From Squalus acanthias (taxonomy: Eukaryota): 64,000 nt of DNA. Where the stretch lies: positions 24,864,001 through 24,928,000 of the forward strand of contig CM059432.1 of assembly GCA_030390025.1 (NCBI GenBank). Reading direction: 5' to 3'. The translations under genes and the position numbers were made by a program. This document shows positions 38,010-51,155 of this stretch, in pieces (the first letter of the stretch is position 1; each line of letters starts with the position of its first letter). The notes below the pieces were generated by a model, which worked only from the letters and a program-made list of their open reading frames with translations, was not told the origin of the DNA and did not search any database.

Positions 38010-38822
38010 GGCCGTGATTTTGCTGACCTCGGTGGCTCCGTGGCGGATCCTGACCCCGCTGCTGTCTCCATCCTCTGAAATGAATTTCCCAAGATTGGGC
38101 TTGTTAAGCCCTCCCAGCGCGTTTGCCGGCCAATTAGAGGAAGTGAGTCTGATGACATCATTTGATGACGCGTCATCAGCCGGTTTAGTTTGACATTTGT
38201 GCTGTCAGTGTTCTACAGCATTGAGGTGCTGCAAATACTGACAAGCACTGCACAGAGGTGCAGGGCTGCACCATGGCTCTCCCATGACTCCCTCCATATG
38301 TTTATGGAGGGAGTCACAGTACACAGGGAGATTCTCTTCCCTTCCCATGGGCGGAAGTGACCTCCATCGATCAACACAGCCTGGTTGCACATTGCAGAGG
38401 AGGGCACAAGTAGGGATGTGGTCAGGAGGGCAAACCTTTCAATGATCTCAGTAGATCATGAAACGTTAGTACAAAGCCACACTCAACCTCATCGCTGTGC
38501 CTCTGAACACATCTCCCTCACTCTGCCTTCCCTACCCTACTCCTGCACATCATTACTCGCACCAATCTTTCAAATCTAAAAAGCTGGGAAAAAAACATTG
38601 ATAAGTGGCTGTAAACAAGCCACTAATGATTTTAATTGTCCCCCCCCCCCCCCCCCCCTGTCGCTGCATGTTGGGTCTGCTCAGCGCTGACAGACCCGAC
38701 ATTTGGTAAAGGCACATGGCGACGGGTTCACAACGGGGTCCCGACCCACTGGGGTAAAAGAAAACTTTCCCACTCGACCCGCCACCTGATCGTGCCCACT
38801 GACCCCCCGCAAAATCCAGCCC
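38010..38822 (+). mobile_element. Harbinger derivative (family C) with Myb exon-1 remnant
   Basis: TIRs ggccgtgattttgc / gggctggattttgc, TTT TSD (38007-38009 / 38823-38825). Confidence 0.87.
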
Positions 38823-38884
38823 TTTGTTTCTCTCTCCACAGATGCTGCCTGACCTGCATGAGTATTTCCAGCATTTTATTTTTA

Positions 38885-39250
38885 TTCCCTCATCTCTACT
38901 TGTCTTTGTAATCACTACTACTGTGGTCATTGCTCCTGTGAACGTTCCTCTCCTGTTAATCCGAAACTTCAAGTATTCCGTCCTACATGCTTTCCCTCCT
39001 TCCAGCATCATGTGTTGAAGTCAAAACACGTGGCATTGTCTCCTGCTCTAACCCATTCTTTCCTAAAAGCTCAAAACTGTGGTACTCCTTACCTCCCCTT
39101 TCTCTCAATGTCTACAGGTTTTTAAGCTCAAGCTTAATGTTATCTAACCACAACTTCTTGAACTATCTACTTCTCTCCTGTTCTTTTCTACCTTGCTTGT
39201 GCCCTGCGTCAGGCATGCACCTAGATTTTTTAATAATTAAAAAAAACAAC
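38885..39250 (+). mobile_element. 3' end of a further decayed non-LTR (CR1/Jockey-like) element
   Basis: NPFFPKSSKLWYSLP resembles the SFFPRT..LWNSLP terminal motif; A-rich tail. Confidence 0.5.
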
Positions 39251-39299
39251 TGGATCCTAGAGAAGTGTGACAACATTAAAGTGCACCAAACCACCAGCA

Positions 39300-40850
39300 G
39301 CAACCATTTGTCTTGATCAGAGTGTGTGGAGAAAGTGAATGTCTTCTCCAGTGTCTTTGTGAATGTACTCAGAAAAAGGCTGGCACTGCACGAGTCAGGG
39401 CAATTTTGAAAGTAAACTCAGGATTGAGATGTACAACTGTTGCAACGATGTTTCTGCAGATACCAAAAAGAAATTGAAGAGATTATAACAGTGAAGAACT
39501 GCTCAGGGCCCAGGAATTCAAAAATAAATCAACTAATACTACCCAGGGGCTACGATTATGATTCGCAGAATTACAATCAAAAACGACCTTACCACATCAA
39601 ATTGATTTGTTTTGCTTTTCTTCTCGGCTTTAATGACTTCTAAAAAATTAGCTCGTTTTTCCAAACCAGCAGTTTTTATTGGAGGATATGAATGTCTGCA
39701 TTCCCAGTAAGGATAAGTTGGTCTATTGTCTTCACACTTACTCAATAAAAAGAATTAAAATGTAAAACCTTAGGCAAACTTAGGCAGTCCAGGAATGTGG
39801 ATGCCTCAGAGATGCCCCATTAGAATGCCAAGGAGTTCGAGAATATATGGATTTTTTTCAAGAAAACTATATAAGGAATCTAACCCCACAGAACAGAGCA
39901 TCACCAAAATTGAAAAATGTAGGAGAGAAGACAAGATCAATGAGGAAATAATGGTTAAGTGATGGTAAACTTAGCTTTTGAAAGTCTATCGATTATAGGA
40001 GCAAGATTAGATTGATGTGCCACAGTTTTGAGGTTCTGCAAAGAGTGTGTTAAATAGGAGACAGTAATGACACTTGATTTTAATGCTGAGCTTGGTGGTA
40101 AACGTATATACATCAGCGTATTAGAGGTTTCAAAAAATAAGGAATTATAGTGGGAATGCACCAGAAGGGCCAGGGATTTTCAGCTCCTCTGTTTCCTTAC
40201 ATAGCTCAGTCTTGTCCATTTAGAATCCTAAAAACAGGAATCATATCAACTCCCAAACTTCTCTTTCCCAGTGAGAAAATTGGGCATGTTCTCACTATAA
40301 ACGTTATGGTTAAGATTGCGGTAGGGTTCTAAAGGGACCAGGTAATGTAGACCATGACAAGCTGTTTCATCTTGTCCAAAACAATAGAATCAAAGGACAC
40401 AGCCTATATTTGAAGGTGGCTAAATTCCATACTAATCTGCAGAAATATTATATCAGTGAGTGGTAAACGTATGGAACAGACTTCCTCGGGAGATAGTGAT
40501 AGGGAGATGGTGAAAGCAGATAGTGTTGATTCATTCAATTGCAAATTAAATAGATTTTTTCAGACAATAATATTTTGGGATACAGTACATGAGTAATTTG
40601 AGACATGACATATGGTAAGTGCAGCATGCTTGGGAGGAACAGGTGACTTTAGAACTATGGTTCCGAAAGCTTTCCACCATTGATGGTTTCCTCACCTCAT
40701 GTCTGGTTTTGTTGTAGACTAATTAATAGAGATTGATTACCATTAGTTAATAACTCTATTATCATTGTATCATGCAACTACCAGGATGGTAGGAGGCAAA
40801 CTAGATGGACCTCGGTCTTTTTTCATCTAGCAATTCCTATGTTCCCTGAT
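39300..40850 (+). mobile_element. Highly decayed CR1-like fragments
   Basis: ggacacagcctata, tatggaacagacttcct, attcctatgttc tail. Confidence 0.5.
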
Positions 40851-41045
40851 AGTTATGTAATACAAATCTGTGATATGGACCATTAAACTGTAATTAAGTT
40901 CACTAGCATATTTATATACCATTAAAATAATGGTACAGTGCAAGTGCTTGGACATTCTGATGACTGAAAAGTTGATAATTTAGATTTAGGAACAGTTGAT
41001 CAGTACAGTATTATTATTAGTCAACACACATTTCTTAAAGTTTAC

Positions 41046-41226
41046 GGGGATGATTTTGACTTTGTGCGATAGTGTAAAACGTGTGATAGCGAGTTGGCAC
41101 CCCCTTTTACATCTCTCTCCATCTTTTTATTGACTTTAATGGAAATGAAAATCAGGAGAGATGTAAAATCGGCTGCCAATTCACTATCCCCCGTGTTACA
41201 CAATTGAACAAAGTCAAAATTGCCCT
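41046..41226. mobile_element. Short palindromic MITE
   Basis: Whole-length imperfect hairpin centred on attgactttaat; gattttgactttg / caaagtcaaaatt. Confidence 0.75.
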
Positions 41227-41708
41227 CCCCCCTCCATTTAAATTAAGTGCAGTGCAATGTTAAAAGGTGAAAGACATCTTATAGATGCCATGTTGATGTG
41301 TAGAGTAGACTCAGAGGATTGGGCAAGGCCAGAATCTTTCAAGCAGCTCATTTCATGTAGAAATATAAGAGAAAACATCACAAAGCTCGTTATATGCAAT
41401 TAGTTACCTTTGAAGTGGAGTAATATTATTATGTAGGTACCCGGACCACAGTCTCAGTTTAATATCTTTTCCAAAATATCGCACCTCTGATAAGATGGCA
41501 CCCCCTCAGTACTACACTAGAGTGTTCAGCTGAGATTGTGAACTTAATCCTGGATTGGGGTTTGAAGATGCTTCCAACAAAACCAAGCTAACATCCAATA
41601 TTAATGCTCAAACCTAACAGGTTAAATTAGGAACACTTTTTCACGTGGAAATTGGGAACTGGTTTGAGGGTGTCTAAAATATTTTGTTTCAGATGTTGGA
41701 ATTAGAGA

Positions 41709-42058
41709 CACATAGAAACATAGAAACATAGAAGATAGGAGCAGGAGTAGGCCATTCGGCCCCTCGAGCTGATCATCCAAATTTAGTACCCTGTCCCTGC
41801 TTTCTCCCCATATCCCTTGATCCCTTTAGCCTTAAGAAATATATCTAACTCCTTCTTGAATATATTTAATGAATTGGCCTCAACTGCCTTTTGTGGTCGA
41901 GAATTCCACAGGTTCACCACTCTCTGGGTGAAGAAATTCCTCCTCATCTCTGTCCTAAATGGCTTACCCCTTATCTTTAGACTGTGACCCCTGGTTCTGG
42001 ACTCCCCTGCCATCGGGAACATCCTTCCTGCATCTAGTCTGTCTAGTCCTGTTAGAAC
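41709..42058 (-). mobile_element. CR1 3' fragment with (CATAGAAA)n tail
   Basis: SRTRGHSLKIRG..RRNFFTQRVVNLWNS. Confidence 0.9.
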
Positions 42059-42777
42059 TTATATAGAACTATAGAATGAGCTATATAACTTAAGCACAAA
42101 GACTACTTTAATATGGAAGGTTTTTTTCTAGTAATGTTAAATGGACTGAGAAGTGAGAATGACTTAGCACAATTTTCTTTCACCTCTATCCAGTCCAGTC
42201 TAATAGGATGAACATTTGCCTGATATTTACAGTGAACTGATGCCAAATTACAGAGAGCTAACAAGAATGGATAGCTTGGGACATGGTTGCTGGTACAGAA
42301 GATGGCTCTCTTCTGAGGTTACAGTTAAGGCAGAATAAAGGAAGTATTATACTGCAATTCACTTACACTCTATCTAACTTGATGCTAATGTGGGTGACAA
42401 AAATGGAAATATCTTTTATTCTCTACTGTTAACATTCACTTAAAAGAAAAAAAGTGGGAAAGCCTCAAATAATATTTTGTATATTCAGCAGCATGATATG
42501 CTGATTCCATGAAGATGGTGTTTAGATTGAATTAAAATAATAGTACAATTGAGTCACTGAACAGATGAATAACGGGAAGCAGTGTGATCGGTATCTTTAA
42601 AAGAGAGGCTGATCAGATAACTTATAGCTAGCATTAGCTTGCCTCGCCTCAACTGGTCGCACTATGGTAACTATTAGCACTATTAGTAATTTGGGGGTGC
42701 AAGTCCCACAATAGGATTTACAGTACATAAATGAGGCTAACAATGCAAGGCATGTTGCATTGTTGGTTTGAGACATA

Positions 42778-43455
42778 GGGCTGGATTTTGATACTGCGGC
42801 GGGTTGGGGTCGTGTTATCCACTTTTTGTGTTATCCACCCGACTGCAATTGGATGTGGGAGATTGATGTGATTTTCACCTAATTGGGCAATTGAGTTCCA
42901 GCATGTGGGAACCCATGAATCAATTAGTGTTTTCAGTCTGAAAGTCGCCTCTGATGATGTCATCATTGCTGCTGCATTGAAGGTCTTCAGAGACTGCTTG
43001 GCCTTTGCTGTGAGAGGACCTGGATGCAAAATGAGCAGCAGCAGCCCTAAGTCTGCTCCCAGATATTTTTACACCACCACCACTCCCAGATATGTCTCCT
43101 CCCCATCCATTCATATATGCATCCATCCACATAGCCATCCATATATGCCTGTCAGTTAGTCAGTCTGTCAGTCAGTCAGGTTTCACATTCGTGGTTCAGA
43201 ACAGGCATGCTTCACGTAGAAAAAGGGTTAAAATCACAAAGGCCTTTCAAAATGGCATTATAGAGGCAATTTAGTGCTTGTTAAGGGCTTTAACAGCCTA
43301 TCCCACCTCTTAGAAGCGGGACGGAGTCGGGACCAGCAGACACGATTTAATGAAAATTGCATGGAGACGGGCTTGTGCCCGCCCGCCAATTTTCGCAATT
43401 TTAACCCCCCACACACCTCCAAACCCGCCTCCACGGGTCAATGAAAATCCAGCCC
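42778..43455 (+). mobile_element. Harbinger-type MITE (family D)
   Basis: Perfect 12-bp TIR gggctggatttt; homologous to 52112-52856 in reverse. Confidence 0.88.
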
Positions 43456-44074
43456 TAAATTTCTCAAGGGCAATTAGGGATGGGCAGTAAATGCTGGCCA
43501 TGCCAGTGATGCCCACATCCCATACACAAATAAAAAAAATAAAGCCCCATCCTCCTATCCAGGTGGATGTAACAGATTTTGTGACACTATTCAAAGAAAA
43601 TCAGCTCTGTACAATGTTTCTCCCTCAACTAAAAGCGCCAAACAGGTTAGCTAATCATTCATCTAATTTGTTGTTTGTGGAACTCTGCTGTATGCATATT
43701 GGCTGCCGAGTTTGCCTGCATAACAACAACAGAGACTGTACTTTGAAAGTAATTCATTGTACATGAAGCACTTTGCGATACTCTAAAAATGTGGTAAGGT
43801 GCTATATAAATGCACGTTTTTTCCCCTTAAACTCAACCTTAGAAGAGACACTGCATTCTGTGCTAGTGTAAGATTTCCACTACCCATTTTTGAAACTACT
43901 CCAACATATATATATAGCACCTTTCACATGCCAAGACACCCCAAAGTTCTTCAGAGCTAACAATTTACTTTTGAAGTCACCGTTGTTACATTGGGTATTA
44001 TGGCAGCACAGCAAGGTCCCATAAACAGGTTAAACGACCAGTTAACCTGTGTTTGGTTGAAAGATGAATGCTAG

Positions 44075-44300
44075 GATGCAAGCTTGCCCTCTGGTGAGCT
44101 GTTTCCTGGGCCATCCTTTCCACCTGCACCTGCTCCTGCTTACTTGTGTTCTGTGAATTAGCCTGTGCAGACCTTTCTAACTCACTGCCTTTCGCACACT
44201 GGATGTTGATTTCTGTGCTGGGGCTTGGAAGTGTGAGAGCAAATGAATGCATCTTCGGGAGGGTTCTGTGCAACTGCAGGACCCGAGTCATCTGAAGGAC
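44075..44300 (-). mobile_element. Harbinger Myb exon-3 remnant
   Basis: SKQEQVQVERMAQETAHQR resembles the segment at 57520-57680. Confidence 0.5.
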
Positions 44301-44634
44301 CTAGTAAAAGGGCAGAAGGATAAGGGTTAGTCCATAAGGGCAAGGGTGGGCAGTAGCCAATGAGTGGTAGGTAGTGCAATGCAGCACCAGGTTGTCATAC
44401 AGACTGAGTGTGTGAATGAGCGAGTTGAGTAGAAAGAGAATTGCAAAGCAGGGGCCCTATTTGACGTCATATTGCCTGCTGCTTCAGAAATTCACATTCC
44501 ACTGATCGTAATTACACATAATTGCAGGTTGTCTTTAAATAGAAGCCACCCCACCAGATCTCCTGCCCTCCTGCTTATAAGGAGTACAATTTGCATTGGC
44601 AGTTTGCCGATTCAATTTAAATGAGGCACGACTA

Positions 44635-45084
44635 CAACAACAACATCAACTTGTATTTATGTAGCACCTTTAAAGTAGTAAAACATCCCAAAGCGCTTCA
44701 CAGGAGTGTTATTAAACAAAATTTGACACTGAGCCACATAAGGAGATACTGGGGCTGATAAAGAATATGTTTTAAGGAGCGTCTTAAAAGGGGAAAGAGA
44801 GGTGGCGAGGCGGAGAGGGTTAGGGAGGGAATTTCAGAGCAGCTGATGGCACGGCTGCCAATAGTGGAGTGATTAAAATCGGTGATGCTCTAGAGGCCAG
44901 AATTGGAGGAGCACAGATATCGCAGGGGGTTGCAGGGCTGGAGAAGATTACAGAGATAGGGAGGGGCGAGGCCATGGACGGATTTGAAAACAAGGATGAG
45001 AATTTTTAAATCGAGGCGTTGCTTAACCGGGAGCCAATGTAGGTCAGCGAGCACAGGGGTGATGGGTGAACGGGACTTGGTCAT
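44635..45084 (-). mobile_element. L2 3' fragment
   Basis: TKSRSPITPVLADLHWLPVKQRLD; (caa)n tail. Confidence 0.9.
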
Positions 45085-45889
45085 AGAGGTAGGTCACGAA
45101 TGTTGATTGGTCCTCCCACCGACTGTATCAGGAAGGCAGAGTGGAACCACTGCCTGATATATGCCTGAATCAAAACTCGCCTCCCTTATGTGCAAGTACT
45201 GGTGTGGGATTCGACCCTATGACCTTCTGAATCAGAGGCAAAAGGCCGCCCACTAAACTAACTGAGAGTAGAAAGCCAAAGCCAGATTTGGGGCAAGAAG
45301 CAGTAATTTGTAATGTAAAATGAAACAAACATTAAAATGTATTGTTAATAGTTTTTGTAAACCATCCTCCAAAAAAATGATAAACAGAAACCATGAATTC
45401 TGGAAATCTGAAATAAAAGTGGAAATGCTGTAAAGATGCAGCAGGCCAGTGGCTACTTGAATCCGAAAGAAAGTGGAAAACTTCATTTGAGCACAAATTT
45501 CTGATGGGTAAGATCCAAAATGTTAACCTAACTTTGTGTTTCAGACACTGACTGACCTGCTGTGCATTCTGGTCTTTTCCAGGTCTATTTTGCAAATATA
45601 CGCTGTGGAAAATGTTCTCGATATGCATTCCAGATGAGCAACGTTTCACCCCAGTAATGCCCATTCATAAAATTAGTTTCCTGCTTTCAATATCACTTTG
45701 TTTACATTACGTTACAACATTGACTGCACTTCAAAAGTACTTCATCGGCTGGATAACGCTTTGGGACATCCTGAGGTCAGGAAAGGCTCTATATAAATAC
45801 AAGTCTTTTTTTTTTGTCTCTTGAGATATCATCCCACTGGAAGTAGAGTTTTCCTGATTATATTTCTCTGGTACTACACTGACAATTGA

Positions 45890-46198
45890 AGCTCTTTCAG
45901 ATGAGACGTGAAAACGAGCCCCCTTTTGCGCTCTCAGCTGGATGTAAAAGATCCCATGTCACTATTCGAAGAAGAGCAGAGGCGTTCTTCCCGGTGTCCT
46001 GGCCATCATTTATCCATCAACCACCCTCAGTAAAACAGATTATCTGGTCTGTTGGTGGGACCTTGCTGTGTGCAAATTGCCTGCTGTGTTTCCCTACATT
46101 ACAACAGTGACTACAATTTAAAGGTAATTGGCTGTAAAGCACTTTGGGACATCCTGAGGTTGTGAAAGATGTTGTATAAATTGAAGTTCTTTCTTTCA
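45890..46198 (+). mobile_element. SacSINE1/DeuSINE-like SINE body
   Basis: ctttcagatgagacg...aaagatcccatg...actttgggacatcctgaggttgtgaaag. Confidence 0.8.
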
Positions 46199-48382
46199 AC
46201 GTAGTGCTGCTGGTCCATATTTGAGCAGCAGTTATTTTCAGTCCTGCAATTTGAATTTGCACAGTATTTTTAGCAGACCATCGGTTGAATCATGCTGTGA
46301 AATATTAGTAACAAAAGCTATTTTTAACAAACAAATGAATTTTTTACAATAAACAACCTTCCTTAAAATAGGAATTTCATATAATAGCATTGATTACTGA
46401 TATTTAACGATTATGGTTACACCTCCAACAGTGCAGGAGTCTTTTAGGCCTCATTTAATATTGGGATTGAAACTATTTTTGCTATTATAACTCTAAATCT
46501 GATCCAGCCCTATTAATTAATCCCAAGTGTAATAATCATCAGGCAAGCTGCGTAAATCATCAATTAAGCCAATTATTATAGGTAAAAATAAGCCCACTGG
46601 TAAAATATTGCATCATGTGTGTGGAATACACCGCAGTTGCTTTAAAGGTTATTATTTCTGTAAGAGAAGCCCTTAGCCACAAATCATCCATGTATATTCT
46701 GCCGTATTTGAAATTGCTATCATTTATAGAACTGATGGAATCCATTAAGGTTGACTGTTGGCAGTCTTACTCAGGTAGACTATTGAATAGCTGGTGTGAG
46801 AAATGGAAAAAGCAGCACACTGCTGCAGTAGGCATGATTCTAATGTTGGTTTGAAAGACATTGTTAGGGTAAAGCAGAGGGAACTTTATTTTGAATTTAA
46901 TCCACACTGTAGATTTAGGAGTTCTCAGCGCTGCCATCAGATCCCGGAAACACGGAAATTGCCGTTGATCAAAAATATTAGCATGAAAAATGCTTTTTTG
47001 AAAATTCTCAGAAGTCTCTTGTGCCTGCTGGCTGGGAGGGTCATACATAAAATGTATTTCTAGCAGTGTCAGTGCAGTTCCGAGTGGCTGTCGACCCATA
47101 GCTAAACAAAAAGTTCCACTAATTTGGCACTGTAATTTCACTTGGAGAGACTCTGGGGTAGTTTTACGAATTGGCACTCCCGCAAACTGAGACCACATAT
47201 CGGAACTTAGCCAATGGAAGATCGCAAACATGTGCGCACCTCTATTCCTAAATTCCCAATATGCACTCTGGGGTACAAAGCTCCACCCCAGGCATGCTAA
47301 TTGATAAAATCTGCTCCCATACTTAACACCGCCTCCCTCCCCCCACACCCCCCACCCCCCACACACACCCAATGCTACTTTTTAAAAACTGAGATTGTTT
47401 TAAAGGTGAGTTTTGTGCATACTTTCAAATTTGCAATGCAGTATTGCTTTAATTTTCCTTGGCATGAAATATCACCTTCAAGGTCTGTGACCGTACCGTC
47501 AATGCCCACGGAGCTGTTCATTGACTGATGGAGTGCACCGCTCTGAAACAGCAACAACAGATAAAATGAATGAGGGGATAAATTAATGAATGAAGGGGGT
47601 ATTGAACCGTCGAATGAATTAACACCAAAAACATTGTCGTTTGTCAATACTTTCAGTACTGATGGCAGCGCTGTAGTCTATGGGTTTACTCGTGGCAGTT
47701 CAATAAAACTTAGTTTGTAAAATACACTGTGTCAGTCTGACAGATAACACAGAACTACTAGTTATAATCCAGTCAGTTCTTTTATCTACGGGATGAATTT
47801 ACTGCAGTGAGTGGCAGTAAAAGGGAATTGTAGCTAGATAGCAAGTGCCGCTTTTAGCTTCTTCGAGAATACATTTCACACTTGTAAATAATATGAGTAG
47901 ATCACCTCAGAAGTTCAAGTTAAATGGCTTAATGGGGAAATGCATTGCCAGCGTGTAGCTTTCAATCGTGATGCTCAAGAAGGCTGCAGGCTCGATCTGT
48001 GGTCTATGTTCAGTCGCTGACCTCAGCCAGCATAGCTGTTGTGGTGCTACAATTGGGCTCAGTGCCTGCGGGCTAGAGAAAAGGGAAAACAAAACAACAA
48101 CCATGTTCTTCCGTTTGACCGCTTTTATACAACAGTCACTGGCTGTCCTTCCCAGTGTGTGACCACCTTTTCTAAGCTAAAGCACTCCTTCCTGCAATTA
48201 CAAGGACATGTGACTCAGTCACTTTACCAATACCTGAAGAGTACCATTGACTTGAAACAGATGAATAATAGAAGAGCCAACTTGGATTGAAGCAGGGGTA
48301 GGCTTTCCCCAACAACCTATGTGAAGACGCAGCTTGCTGCTTTTAGTCATATTTATGCTTCTAGTGTGAAGCTGCACCTTTA

Positions 48383-48566
48383 GGCCTGGAAATTTGTCTC
48401 AGGCAGTGACGCAAAACATACAGAATTGGATCGGCCGCCCGTTACACACAGCGTCTGATATTCAGTTCCATTGACTGCGATGGAACTGAATATCAGGTGC
48501 TGCGTATAACGGGCGGCCGTTCCGATACCACCCATTTGCCCCACCGCACGGGACGAATATCTAGGC
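48383..48566. mobile_element. Short palindromic MITE
   Basis: ctgatattcagttccat / atggaactgaatatcag and cggccgcccgtta / taacgggcggccg stems. Confidence 0.8.
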
Positions 48567-48730
48567 ATGAATATATAGCTGACTCGAGTCTGAAAGTCTT
48601 ACACATCCCAAACTCAGAACAGCAGCTCCTTTTCTGAACCAACATAACAGTTTTGACTTCTAAACTTGCCATCCATAAGGCCACTCTGAGTAAAATTACC
48701 AACTTAGTACTAATTAGAGTTCCCTCAGTT

Positions 48731-49129
48731 TTTTAAAATTCGTTCCTGGGATGTGGGCGTCGCTGGCAAGGCCAGCATTTATTGCCCATCCCTAGTTGCC
48801 CTTGAGAAGGTGGTGGTGAGCTGCCTTCTTGAACCACTGCAGTCTGTGTGGTGAAGGTACTCCCACAGTGCTGTTAGGGAGGGAGGGAGTTCCAGAATCT
48901 TTGACCCAGCGACGATGAAGGATCAGCGATATATTTCCAAGTCAGGATGGTGTGTGACTCAGAAGGGAATTGCAGGTGGTGGTGTTCCCATGCGCCTACT
49001 GCCCTTGTCCTTTTAGAGGGTAGAGGTCGCAGGTTTGGGAAGTGCTGCCTTGGCGAGTTGCTGCAGTGCATCTTGTAGATGGTACACACTTCATCCACAG
49101 TTCGCCAGTGGTGGAGGGAGTGAATGTTT
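48731..49129 (-). mobile_element. 3' end of second CR1-clade LINE family
   Basis: Homologous to 6083-6490. Confidence 0.9.
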
Positions 49130-51155
49130 AAGAACATAAAAATTAGGAGCAGGAGTAGGCCATGTGACCCTTCGAGCCTGCTCCGCCATTCAATAAGATC
49201 ATGGCTGATCTTTGACCTCAACTCCACTTTCCCGCCCGATCCCCAAATTCTTTGATTCCCCTAGAGTCCAAAAATCTATGGCTGCGATTTTCCCTACCTC
49301 GGTGGGTGCATGGCGGGCAACGTCGGTGGTGGGTCGTGGCCCCGCTCGTGACCCTGTCTCCATCCCGGCCTCCGACATGACTTTCCCCTGATTGGGCTTG
49401 TTAAGCCCACCCTGCCAGTTTCCGGCCAATTGAAGGAAGCGGGTCTGATGACATCTTTGGTGATGCGTCATCAGCCGGTTTCCTTAAAGGGACCATGCGC
49501 AAATTTACTTTGACATTTGTGCAGTGTCCTACAGCATTGAGGTGCTGCAAACACTGACAAGCACTGCACAGAGGTACAGGGCTGCACCCAGGCTCTCCCA
49601 ATACTCCCTCCATATGCTTATGGAGGGAGTCACAGCATGCAGGGCGATTCCCTTCCCTTCCAATTGGCGGAAGAGACCTCCCAGGAGACCAACGCAGCCT
49701 GGTTGCACATTGCACAGGAGGGCACAAGCAGGGATGTGGTCAGGAGAACCAGGCTGCAGTGGCACAAACCTTTCAATGATCTGAGCAGATCACGAAACGT
49801 TACTGCAAAGCCACACTCAACCTCATTCTGCTGTGCCACTCATCACATCCTAATCACTCTGCCTTCCCTAACCTACTCCTGCACATCCATACTCACACCA
49901 ATTTACATTGCACCTCCACCCATCCCTCTTTATCTTGATGTGATGTCAAACATTGAAACCTTTATTTTCAACACTTTGCGTTCTTGGACAGATTTGTGTG
50001 CACCTTTGGAAGTGGCTTAGTGAGTTGCAGTGAATGGTGAGACATAATGGTTCACCCCACAATGCTGATGAGTGCAAAAGGAATGGCTTGAACATTGTAG
50101 GGATGCTTTATGGTGTTGGTGTGGGGTGGTGCCAACCTGGCGCATCATGTGGCAGCCAGGGTGTGCAGCATCAAGTGAAGTAAATGTGGCCATGGTGAGG
50201 CCATCCCTGGCATCCCGGGCAGCAATGTAGTTGGGTGCTGCCGCCCTCTGTCCTGTGCAGCATCAGGTGATTGCGGAGAAGTTTGGTGTGGTTGTTAGAG
50301 CTGCTGGTGTTGGGGCTGATTGTGGTGGGATTCTGAGGACCAAGGTGAAAGAGTATAAAGTGCACCCGTGCTGATGGAATAGATGGCAGGTGAAGTAGAG
50401 ATGATAGAAGCGATCTGTCAATGGTGGGAGAGGTAATGAGGTCAGACTGGATGGAGACTTGTGTAAAGACTTGCAGCATCCTGAATCTGTAGTGGAAATG
50501 CAGTTTAGAGAAGTTGGTGGTTAAGGGAACATTTCTCAATCATCTGGGAGCTTTGACTTGACATCTGAAGCTGTCAACTCATCAGCTGATTCAATGGCGA
50601 GTAACCTCCCGTCTCAGTTTCACAGACGAGGTCTAGGCACAGTAAGGAACCAGTGGACGACCTGTCAAATTCAAAAAGCTGGGAATAAAAGCATTGTAAA
50701 GTGGCTGTAAGCAAGCCACTAATGATTTGAATTGGGGACCCCGCCGCTGCATGTCGGGTCTGCTCAGCACTGGCAGACCCGACATCGGGAAATGCAGGTA
50801 TGCACGTTTTGTCAATGGGTTCCCGACCCGCTGTCAATCATTTTAAATTTCACAGCTGACCTGCCACCCATCTTATCCATTGAGCGCTGGCAAATTCACG
50901 GCGTATTTACCTCAGCCTTGAATATACTCAATGACTAAGCATCCACAGCCCTTTTCGGTAGAGAATTCCAAAGATTCAGAACCCTCTGAGTGAAGAAATT
51001 CCTCCTCATCTCAGTCTTAAATGGCTGCCCTTATGCTGAGACTCTGTCCCCTAGTTCTAGACTTTCAAGCCAGGGAAACAACCTCTCAGCATCTACCTTG
51101 TCAATCCACCTCAGAATCTTAGAAGTTTCAATGAGATCACCTCTGATTCTTCTAA
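49130..51155 (-). mobile_element. CR1 3' fragment split by Harbinger derivative
   Basis: aagaacataaaaattaggagcagg tail; resumes at 50904 (RIRGDLIETSKIL). Confidence 0.85.
49280..50903 (+). mobile_element. Longer Harbinger family C derivative with Myb remnant
   Basis: TAT TSD (49277-49279 / 50904-50906); ETNAAWLHIAQEGTSRDVVRRTRLQWHKPFNDLSRS. Confidence 0.82.

Larger units (their letters stand above)
34913..38880 (+). mobile_element. Penelope-like element (RT + GIY-YIG endonuclease + pLTR), 5'-truncated, interrupted by a solo LTR and a Harbinger derivative
   Basis: LQIKGVAMGPLMGPSYACLFVGYVE, HIDD, FTCISFNLVNGIRCSRCDLLYTGETKCRLSDHFAE. Confidence 0.92.

Noticed and set aside
46767..47372. 201-aa ORF as a host gene
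   Set aside because: No recognisable domain, non-ATG start, composition typical of non-coding DNA
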